IMG/VR virus record: IMGVR_UViG_2882674194_000007
Location: 1 to 64,000 of that record
From: a virus
Taxonomy: Duplodnaviria; Caudoviricetes
Strand: one strand, 5' to 3'
Length of the DNA stretch: 64,000 bases
Below are positions 1 through 7,863 of this stretch, piece by piece. The translations under genes and the position numbers were made by a program. The notes under the pieces were generated by a model. The model did no database searches, had not been told where the DNA came from, and was given only the letters and a program-made list of their open reading frames with translations. Every line of letters begins with the position of its first letter. The stretch's first letter is position 1.

Positions 1-234
1 ATGAAACACAAACCATCATTCCACAACCTACACACCCTATTATCAATACCAGAATCCAGAATACAATTATCAATGTTCACCAGCATACCCATCACCAAGA
101 TAAACAACTGGTTTAGTCCAGATAGTAGGGTAGTACCTAGAGCGGATGAGTTGGTGTTGATGAGTAAATATTTTGGATGTAGTGTGGATTGGTTATTAGA
201 TTTAGATGATGAGAAGGGCATTGGCAAGTTATAA
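1..234 (+). CDS. XRE-family HTH protein (start uncertain at window edge)
   Basis: SRIQLS...INNW...PRADELVLMSKYFGCSVDWLL pattern. Confidence 0.7.
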   Translation: MKHKPSFHNLHTLLSIPESRIQLSMFTSIPITKINNWFSPDSRVVPRADELVLMSKYFGCSVDWLLDLDDEKGIGKL

Positions 235-278
235 AAGAGCCTGACCATTTCTGATCAGGCTCCAATATACTATATGAA

Positions 279-1253
279 TTATAATGATTTAACAATATGG
301 CGCCAGTATTCCAACCGCTGAACCACACTGGTATTTGCCGAGGTGCCCTGTGTAATATATCCCTTATATTCTTCATTTGTATCATAATTAGCAAGGAAAT
401 CTTTGATCGCATCCATAGCCTTTGTCATTCCTTTTTTCTCTTTGATAACCCGACAAATCGCAAAAATAATAAAACTCAGGCTAGTTTTGGGTATCTTCAC
501 ATCTTCATCAAAATTCTCATCAAGTTTATTTAAAGCCTGTTTAATTAATTCAACTTTATCATTCAGGTCTTTATAATTACTATATTCTATGAATTTCTCT
601 TTATCTTTTCTGCTGAAAGAATTAATCTCATAATCTTCGGTTGTTGCACATAACATAAGTATTTCCAAAGCCGTTGCCTGATCCACAGAACTCTTAAACT
701 GAGCGGGCGTCAAAACCTTCTCAAAGAAAGGATGAGACACAATATCAAATATCGCATCACTCATATAATCAGACATATTCGGTGTCATTTTCTGGGTCGT
801 ATTCAAAGGTTTTCCAGAATTGAGCCTGGAGAACATCTCGCGCACATCTTTGTCTGTGTACTCTGTAATCTCATAAACTTGTATCTGAGCATCACAAATT
901 GCATCTTTAACAGGCTGCTCCAACTTTGAAAATTTCAGACCTGCAATTTCATAAGTCATATCTTCAATTTCTACAGGATTCAAATTCTTGTATAGAGAAA
1001 ATCCATCGTTTAGGAAGTCGGAGATAGTTCCAAGCCGCTGTACACCGTCAATTACATATTGCTTACCGCCCTCTGAAATAGTATGGATTGGATTCACAAT
1101 ATAGCCTCTAAGTAATGAGTCTATAAGTAAAGACTTAGATTCTTTGTTCCAGACTCCTTCACGTCTCTGAAGCCTATGCTTCAGTATGATATTACCGCGC
1201 TTTACTTTGTTTGCTAACGTTTGTACAGGCTTATTGCCACTTGATACTTTCAT
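279..1253 (-). CDS. DUF262 (GmrS/ParB-Srx-like) domain protein
   Basis: QR..VW, LIDSLLRG, IDGVQR, FSRLNSG motifs; GGAGG RBS. Confidence 0.85.
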   Translation of the reverse strand: MKVSSGNKPVQTLANKVKRGNIILKHRLQRREGVWNKESKSLLIDSLLRGYIVNPIHTISEGGKQYVIDGVQRLGTISDFLNDGFSLYKNLNPVEIEDMTYEIAGLKFSKLEQPVKDAICDAQIQVYEITEYTDKDVREMFSRLNSGKPLNTTQKMTPNMSDYMSDAIFDIVSHPFFEKVLTPAQFKSSVDQATALEILMLCATTEDYEINSFSRKDKEKFIEYSNYKDLNDKVELIKQALNKLDENFDEDVKIPKTSLSFIIFAICRVIKEKKGMTKAMDAIKDFLANYDTNEEYKGYITQGTSANTSVVQRLEYWRHIVKSL

Positions 1254-1372
1254 TATGCTACCTCCGTTTCAAATTTTATAAAAATTTTGATATTTTTAGA
1301 GTAGCATAATAAGTAAAATTTGTAAATATTTTTCAATAAAAGTGTTTAATATTTTAATCTAAATTTTATTAT

Positions 1373-1400
1373 TTGACAATATTTTCCAATGTGTTACAAT
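1373..1400 (+). promoter_or_regulatory. Sigma-A-type promoter of type I toxin mRNA
   Basis: TTGACA...TGTTACAAT. Confidence 0.6.
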
Positions 1401-1516
1401 ATGATAAAGGGTGCTACCTAAAGTGGTAGGCGGTTAGTCCTCTAATCGTGAGACTGAACTCATGTTTATCTTATAGATATCCTTTCGAGGAAATATTGCG
1501 AAAGGAGGACTGGTAT

Positions 1517-1606
1517 ATGGTTACATACTCGGATATGTTTGCATACACGATAGTAATCTTTACTATTCTTGCGTTTGCGTTTAATTACAAAAACAAAAGA
1601 AAATAA
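1517..1606 (+). CDS. Type I toxin-like small membrane peptide (29 aa, MVTYSDMFAYTIVIFTILAFAFNYKNKRK)
   Basis: AAAGGAGG RBS, single TM helix plus basic tail; 5' UTR GCGGTTAGTCC (1430-1440) pairs with 3' GGACTAACCGC (1661-1671). Confidence 0.8.
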   Translation: MVTYSDMFAYTIVIFTILAFAFNYKNKRK

Positions 1607-1712
1607 CCGCCCTCTCCAAAGTACGGTTATTTTCTAACATTTAGAATCTAATTTAAACTTGGACTAACCGCTTGTCATACGGGTTAGTGCCTTTTGTATT
1701 TGCTTCTTTTTA
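1598..1712 (-). ncRNA. Putative convergent antisense antitoxin RNA
   Basis: - strand promoter TTGACT (1746-1741)/TATACT (1724-1719); terminator AATAACCG...CGGTTATTTT over the toxin stop codon. Confidence 0.65.
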
Positions 1713-1940
1713 CTTGTTAGTATAACACATTCTTGAACGTAGTCAAGTGGTTTATACGTTTTCGCCCTATTTATTGGAGAATTATTTGCTTTCTCCGTTC
1801 AAATCTCCACAATTTTCGGCTTGGAGAAATCCTTACATTATCCTATTTCTTCCTGTGAAAACAGTTGCTATAAAGAAATGGAAGAGCAGTATCACTCTCT
1901 ACTATTTTACCCCAGTCATGGGAAAGTCTTCTTCTCTTTT

Positions 1941-2030
1941 TTATATCAGTACATACAAATAAATGTTCTGTCTATATTTACGTGCTCCTACATGATATAA
2001 TTCCATTACAACATCAAGATTTGATTTCAT
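1941..2030 (-). CDS. Small hypothetical peptide (29 aa, MKSNLDVVMELYHVGARKYRQNIYLYVLI)
   Basis: GGAGGTGG RBS before ATG. Confidence 0.4.
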   Translation of the reverse strand: MKSNLDVVMELYHVGARKYRQNIYLYVLI

Positions 2031-2136
2031 AACCACCTCCAAAACATCTCACTTCCACGGTGAGATAGGCTTGCTCCACACAAGCCACCTAATAGTATGA
2101 TATTTACAACAAAAACAGAATTATCGGAGGTGGCTC

Positions 2137-2355
2137 ATGGAAAACATAATTGAAAGTGTTGTTGAGTGTGGCTCTGCATATGGGATGGTATGTGTATTAG
2201 CAAGCTTTATATTCTTTTACACCACCATTCGATTTGTGTTACCTTACATATATAAAATTATATGTAAAATATGCAACACATTAGTAAAGTACAAAGATGT
2301 CCATGCAAAAGCCAATGTTAAGGATGTCTCATTTGAGACAGAATTACATAGGTAA
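2137..2355 (+). CDS. Small membrane protein (cargo)
   Basis: GGAGGTG RBS, hydrophobic segment, terminator 2359-2390. Confidence 0.7.
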   Translation: MENIIESVVECGSAYGMVCVLASFIFFYTTIRFVLPYIYKIICKICNTLVKYKDVHAKANVKDVSFETELHR

Positions 2356-2399
2356 TTTGGACTACTGGATTCCACTCTGGTAGTCCTTTTATATTTTTA

Positions 2400-2859
2400 T
2401 GTTCGTCTATTCTGGACTCCACTCCAAAATAGATATTCTTATCATCCACGATATGAAAGTAGGAGATAAGGTTCCTACTGAATAATAAACTGTCATATCT
2501 CAGCATAGTACCGAATGTATATTGTTACGGCAGCGTTGCATCTAACCGTCTCTAGCCATTTCATTACAGTGAGGGTTCATCATTATACAAATGAGTATAA
2601 AGAGAGGCTTCCCTGCGGATCTCATTTAGTATCACATTACTGTGACAGGCACAAGATTCCCCGTCCTTGTATTATCACAAAGAGTCTATTCAGACCATAT
2701 CGACCTACATACGAATGAGTATGTATTTTATTTACTATCATGTATCTCATGACAGGCATAGAACCTTCTTGTCTTTGCCACAAGAATCAAAAACTATGCT
2801 GTCGGCACATTCACAACATTTTGGCAGATGTTGATGGCAAACTAATATAATTCAGCCAT
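2400..2859 (-). ncRNA. Group-I-intron-like structured RNA interrupting the tape-measure gene
   Basis: Exon end GTCGGT pairs with GTGCCGAC (2808-2801) with a U-G pair at the junction; P-like GGACGGGGAAT, Q-like ATCCGCAGGGAAG, GAACCCTC; 9-bp closing helix CAGCATAGT/ACTATGCTG. Confidence 0.6.
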
Positions 2860-4851
2860 ACCGACGTTTTTAATGGAGGTAAATAATCCTGCTCCGAGTC
2901 CGATAGATCCAAACAATCCAAGTTTGGAGGTTAATGAGTCAATAACGTTCATAACAGATGTTAAACCGTCAACGACTGTTTTCATGTCATCTCTTTTGAA
3001 GAGATTCTGGGCTACGCCAACAGTGGTTTCTTTAAGACGATTTGTCTTGTATTCTATGGAATCCATAATTACTGACATTTCTTTTTCAGCAGAACCAGCA
3101 CTATTTGCCATGCTATTCATCGCTTTTTCTGCTGCTTCAAAATTATTGATAGTTGCAGCTATAATCTGACCCTGACGTTTACCAGCCAGTGCTTCAAGTA
3201 ATCCTGCTTGATCTTTATCGCTAAGCTGATCATAAATATCACTGATTTCTTTTAATAGCTGATATGTAGATTTATATTCTGTTTTTGTATCATCTGTAAA
3301 TAAACTAATTCCGCCAGGAGTAGAAGCAGTCTTTGTCAGATTTGCAATTTCACCAGATAATTCTTCTACATTTCCAATAAATTCTTCGGTTTCTTCGTCA
3401 TACCCACGTATCCTCATGGATACGGTTTTAAATGCATTACCGACAGACGCATCATCTCTTGTAATTTCTACTGCTGCTGTTTCCAAAGCAATAGTTTCTT
3501 CTAATGTATTATTTGCTTCTTTCATAGCAGAAGATGATCTTGTTAGCATATTAACAATCTCTGCATTGCTAGTAGCGGCAGTATTACCAATAATATTGAT
3601 TTTAGACATGATTCCATCAAGAACTTCGTCAGGATTATCATTGCCGATATCAAATGCTTTCATTACACTGACTAATCCATCTGTAGCTGTGTCAACATTC
3701 ATTCCAGGAGAAATACTTGCAAACATAGAAGAATATTTTGCCATTTTAGATGCAGCTTCTGCGCTTGAATATCCGAGCCGTGACCATGCGGATGCTTGAT
3801 TTATAATTTCAGCAGTAGTGACACCCATCTGTTTAGCAACTTTATTAGCTTCATAATAAAATTTCTCTAGTTCACCATACGTCATGGATGTGGTTTTTCT
3901 TAAATCTACTAAAGCAGTATCAAGTTCCACAATACTTCTAATACCGCCTTTGATAGACTGGATTGCTTTCATAACCAAGAAGGTAGAACTCGTCCAATAA
4001 CTAAACGAACTCATTCCTTCTCTCAAAGTTTGAAAGAATGTCTTACCAAGTTTACCTGTTGCGCGAGCAGCATTTTGAACATCAATAAATCTTTGTTTTA
4101 ATATAGATAACTCTTGATTGCTTAATTTAGCACCTTGTTGGATTTTAGCAAAAATATCTTTTAATTCAGAACCAAACTGAAAAGATTTTACAGTTTTCCC
4201 ATTTTTACTCATAAAATCAACAACCTGATTACGAAATGAAGATATAGCAGAATCTTTTGCTAATTCCGTATTCATAGACCTAACAGAATTTGTAACGGTC
4301 TTGATCTGTTTGTCTAATTCTTTTTCAGATGCAATAAGAGCCTTCTGATGTGCCTCTGTAGGACTATTTGCATAATTATTAGAAGCGGTAGTTAATTGGT
4401 CAAATGCTTTTGACAATTCATTTGTACTGATTCTTGCATTTCCGTTAGCATCAGTCCATTGATTTGTCTTGGCAACCAAAGCATCTACTTTAGATTCATA
4501 AGTTCCGTCACCAATTGAAAGTTGAATTTTATTGACTTGGTTAGCAAGTTTTTGTACTTCTGAATTGACTTTATTACTTGACCTGCTAATACCATCTACT
4601 ATATTTTGCCCGATATTACTACCAATTTGTTGTCCCATTTTAGAATCAATAGCAATATTGGGAATCTTAATCTTTTGACCAAGTGCAGATTCTAATTGTT
4701 TTACAATATTTGATAATGATTTTGGATCAATTTCAACTTGAATCTTTAATTTATCTAGCTGATTTTGAAGTTCTTTAATATTTGCATTGACATTTTCTTT
4801 TGACTTTGTTTCATCTAATTTTGCTTGGAGCAATATCAAAAATTCGTCCAT
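2842..4851 (-). CDS. Tail tape measure protein, TP901-type core; N-terminal part (putative 5' exon ends at 2860)
   Basis: LDTALVDLRKT, WSRLGY, VGNAFKTVSMRIRG, LAGKRQ motifs; GGAGG RBS before MDEF; ends abruptly at SIKNVG-MAELY. Confidence 0.9.
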   Translation of the reverse strand: MDEFLILLQAKLDETKSKENVNANIKELQNQLDKLKIQVEIDPKSLSNIVKQLESALGQKIKIPNIAIDSKMGQQIGSNIGQNIVDGISRSSNKVNSEVQKLANQVNKIQLSIGDGTYESKVDALVAKTNQWTDANGNARISTNELSKAFDQLTTASNNYANSPTEAHQKALIASEKELDKQIKTVTNSVRSMNTELAKDSAISSFRNQVVDFMSKNGKTVKSFQFGSELKDIFAKIQQGAKLSNQELSILKQRFIDVQNAARATGKLGKTFFQTLREGMSSFSYWTSSTFLVMKAIQSIKGGIRSIVELDTALVDLRKTTSMTYGELEKFYYEANKVAKQMGVTTAEIINQASAWSRLGYSSAEAASKMAKYSSMFASISPGMNVDTATDGLVSVMKAFDIGNDNPDEVLDGIMSKINIIGNTAATSNAEIVNMLTRSSSAMKEANNTLEETIALETAAVEITRDDASVGNAFKTVSMRIRGYDEETEEFIGNVEELSGEIANLTKTASTPGGISLFTDDTKTEYKSTYQLLKEISDIYDQLSDKDQAGLLEALAGKRQGQIIAATINNFEAAEKAMNSMANSAGSAEKEMSVIMDSIEYKTNRLKETTVGVAQNLFKRDDMKTVVDGLTSVMNVIDSLTSKLGLFGSIGLGAGLFTSIKNVGMAELY

Positions 4852-4942
4852 ATATGTAATTACCTCCTTTGTTATAGGCATTAAAAATACCGCCGACAAA
4901 GGGCGGTAGTAATTTTCATAGTTATTTAGTTGTTGTAGCGAG

Positions 4943-5404
4943 TTACTTTATTGGGACACCACATTTTTTCAGGTTACTTTTCATGATATATAATATTCCT
5001 GGTTTTAATCCCAATTCTGCTAATGCGTCATCCCATATGCGCATATCTCCTTCAATAGACCATCCGTGAAACTGTTCATTTGCACTTAGCATAATATCTA
5101 ATCCACTGGCTCCACCCATATATTGATAATCTAAATAGTTGGGGTCAATCTCTACAGAACAGGAGAGTGTCCCGTTAGTTTTTACAATATCTGTTTTAAT
5201 TAGCGAATTTAACATTTTGTATGTTCTATCATATATCATGGGAATAGCACTTGTTCCATTTCTAAATACAGGTTCTTTATAGTAGTCTGTTATATGTTGC
5301 TGAATCACTTCAAATATTTCCTGCTGAGTCATCTTTAGTGCCTGTTGTATTCGTGATTCAAGAATCTTTGTTAAATCACTTATTGATCTTATTACTGTAG
5401 CCAT
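4943..5404 (-). CDS. Putative tail/neck-associated protein
   Basis: Upstream of TMP; YDRTY motif. Confidence 0.55.
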   Translation of the reverse strand: MATVIRSISDLTKILESRIQQALKMTQQEIFEVIQQHITDYYKEPVFRNGTSAIPMIYDRTYKMLNSLIKTDIVKTNGTLSCSVEIDPNYLDYQYMGGASGLDIMLSANEQFHGWSIEGDMRIWDDALAELGLKPGILYIMKSNLKKCGVPIK

Positions 5405-5539
5405 ATTTTATCCTTTACACAAAAATACTCCCTCACAGGACAATGAGAGAGCAATAATAATAATTTTTTATATACCAAATATTTCATCTATGTTATAATA
5501 CTCATATCTGTGGCAGCATAGGTAGAGAAAGGAATTGCT

Positions 5540-5629
5540 GTGATAGAGGTAACTTGCTCAATTATCTCTGTGTGTATAGCGGCTTTAGGGTTACTATATA
5601 CGATTTACAGAGACAACAAGAAGAAATAA
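5540..5629 (+). CDS. Second type I toxin-like membrane peptide (29 aa, MIEVTCSIISVCIAALGLLYTIYRDNKKK)
   Basis: AAAGGA RBS, GTG start, TM plus KKK tail; 5' GCAGCATAGG pairs with 3' CCTATGTCTGC (~5734-5744). Confidence 0.7.
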   Translation: MIEVTCSIISVCIAALGLLYTIYRDNKKK

Positions 5630-5821
5630 TGTAACATAAGTACCAAAGATATGAGTATCCGCTTATTCATGTGAATTAGATGAAACGGTAGGAGATTAGC
5701 CACCTTCTACTACACAAAATCATAAACACAAATCCTATGTCTGCATATGTTTCTGAGATATAGCAAGAATAAACGGTGAAAATATCTGCTTGACATCAGA
5801 AATGTCAATGATATAATAAGC

Positions 5822-5961
5822 TATAGAGCAGGTTATGAATGTCACAACTTAATCCTTATCTTAGATCTGCAATTTGGCTAATTGCAAACATTTAAGATCA
5901 TTTCAGGAGGTTAGGGAAATGACGAGAGAATAGCATCGTAGAAATACGGTGCTATTTCTTT
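5822..5961 (+). ncRNA. Putative small rod-shaped RNA
   Basis: TTGACA (5790)/TGnTATAAT (5812) promoter, long interrupted hairpin 5841-5923, terminator 5927-5961, no ORF. Confidence 0.55.
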
Positions 5962-6040
5962 ATCCCTATGAAAGAGACATTTTAAAAGTAAAAGAACCTG
6001 TATTTAAACAGGCTCTTAATTATATTATCTTAATATTATC

Positions 6041-6235
6041 TTACGCAAATTTCGGTTTTGACTTTTTCATCGGTATTAACATCCATTTTATTTGTTCTGG
6101 AGAATGATTTTTAATGTGCTCTACAACATACTTGTGAACATCTTCTAAACTGCCAAGATTTACATCCTCAAGAACTCCATACTCTAATGGATCATGTTCA
6201 CTAACACATACTAATTTAAAATAGTAATTATCCAT
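6041..6235 (-). CDS. Hypothetical protein
   Basis: AGGAGGTG RBS; terminator 5991-6017. Confidence 0.7.
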   Translation of the reverse strand: MDNYYFKLVCVSEHDPLEYGVLEDVNLGSLEDVHKYVVEHIKNHSPEQIKWMLIPMKKSKPKFA

Positions 6236-6311
6236 TTATATCACCTCCTGTAAGTTTACATAAATGAATGTATCATATAATAATGTAAAAATATAGAGGT
6301 AATTATTGGTT

Positions 6312-6497
6312 TTATTTATCTAAATTGTTCTTATTAGATTCATGAATCACTTTAGCTAATGAATCCATAAATTTCTTTTCAAGTTCTTCTGGATTTTTAA
6401 TCAGTTCCATAAGCTGCTTATCTGCGAACTGCCAAAATTCCAGTTTCCATTTCACTTCTTTAGTTTTATATAAATACCATCTAAGTAGTGTAATCAT
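6312..6497 (-). CDS. Hypothetical protein
   Basis: ORF coupled to upstream gene. Confidence 0.65.
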   Translation of the reverse strand: MITLLRWYLYKTKEVKWKLEFWQFADKQLMELIKNPEELEKKFMDSLAKVIHESNKNNLDK

Positions 6498-6697
6498 AAT
6501 TTGTCTTCCTTCCTATATACTTTTATGTTCCAGTAATAATCATCATTAGTCCATATGTGGAAATCATCATTATAAGAATCATATTTTATATGTGTTACTT
6601 GTGGACTTGAATTACATATATGTAAATATATGTCTGAATAAATATTGTAATTATGTAATTTTAATACTTGTTCTATTTCGTAAGAGTACATAATCAA
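6494..6697 (-). CDS. Hypothetical protein
   Basis: Overlapping start/stop coupling. Confidence 0.65.
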   Translation of the reverse strand: MIMYSYEIEQVLKLHNYNIYSDIYLHICNSSPQVTHIKYDSYNDDFHIWTNDDYYWNIKVYRKEDKL

Positions 6698-7203
6698 TCA
6701 CCATACATTTTTATTACAGCATCTCCAATACAAATTGCATCAGCTTCGTCATCACCAACATTTAAATCATAATGCTCTTTTACATATTGAATTGCTTGTT
6801 CTTTTAACTGTTCTCTTTTTACATTTTTGCCCTGCGACATATTTATAACTTTACGCCAAGAAGTTGGTCTTATTGTATTAAATTCACAGTCATGATTTAT
6901 ACACCAAGCGTAGATAACCCCTTGTAATCTTGTTAGAAATCTTTGTGTTTGTGCGTTTCTTAATACAACAGTTTCTTCTACATAAACAATATGTGGTTTA
7001 TATAAATCAAGAATTGTCCATAACCTATGTGACATTTCCTCAAAACGTGAATCCATATTTTTATCTTTACTACAGTCTAATAAATGATGCGCTTTATATT
7101 TACCGTTACAAAAATATGCACATCCAGATTTATTCGTTGATGAATCTATTGTGAGAAGTTTTGCACTTATATTAATCGCTCCTTTACTATGTCCTTCATT
7201 CAA
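6694..7203 (-). CDS. RuvC-like Holliday junction resolvase
   Basis: IDSSTNKSG, VYVEE, PTSWRK, DDEADAICIG acidic catalytic motifs. Confidence 0.85.
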   Translation of the reverse strand: MNEGHSKGAINISAKLLTIDSSTNKSGCAYFCNGKYKAHHLLDCSKDKNMDSRFEEMSHRLWTILDLYKPHIVYVEETVVLRNAQTQRFLTRLQGVIYAWCINHDCEFNTIRPTSWRKVINMSQGKNVKREQLKEQAIQYVKEHYDLNVGDDEADAICIGDAVIKMYGD

Positions 7204-7272
7204 AAAATGTCCTTATAATCAAGGACATAATAAAAGAGCGACTTCACATTGAAATCGCCCTTTTAATACTAT

Positions 7273-7845
7273 CTACATCTGAGAAACTTTTTCCCATGTA
7301 TACATTTCTTTTTGTACAACACTGTGGACAAAACTGTTTTTGCCATCGGCTGACTCATATTCCTCAATCAGATCCTCCAATGCTTCCAGTTCCATGTCAT
7401 TAATTTTACCAAGAGAATGATAATACCTATAAGACTGACTTATTTTATCTTTCAGCTCGGCTCTAATTCGTTTATTATTTTTACGTTCACTTTCCTTGAA
7501 ACGTTCATCTGTATTACGTTGCATATCGTCTATTTTTTGTGAGATGCTAGACAACGATTCAGAAAGCTTATTTTGAGCATCTGTTAGTTCTTTCTGAATA
7601 GCAAATGATTGTTCCCTGTCATGAATGCGATTTTCCATTATTGCTTTAATATCGGTTTGATTATCCTTAATAGTTTGCAGTAGTTCTTCTTTATTTTTCT
7701 TTCTATTGTATAAATCATTAAAAAAATCAGAAATTACTTTCCTGTTTTTAATAGTAATCCAACAGAAAAAAATAAGAAGCACAAGCGCAACAAGTACAAT
7801 CATAGGATTAATATTTTCTAGGTATTTAGTTACTAATTCTTCCAT
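7273..7845 (-). CDS. Membrane-anchored coiled-coil protein of the lysis module (holin-like)
   Basis: N-terminal TM, coiled coil, C-terminal Y..ADGKNSFVH; follows endolysin. Confidence 0.65.
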   Translation of the reverse strand: MEELVTKYLENINPMIVLVALVLLIFFCWITIKNRKVISDFFNDLYNRKKNKEELLQTIKDNQTDIKAIMENRIHDREQSFAIQKELTDAQNKLSESLSSISQKIDDMQRNTDERFKESERKNNKRIRAELKDKISQSYRYYHSLGKINDMELEALEDLIEEYESADGKNSFVHSVVQKEMYTWEKVSQM

Positions 7846-7863
7846 TCATATAATTGCCTTTCC

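Noticed and set aside
2400-2859. Group II intron
   Set aside because: No GUGYG 5' end, no domain V, no maturase; motifs are group-I-like
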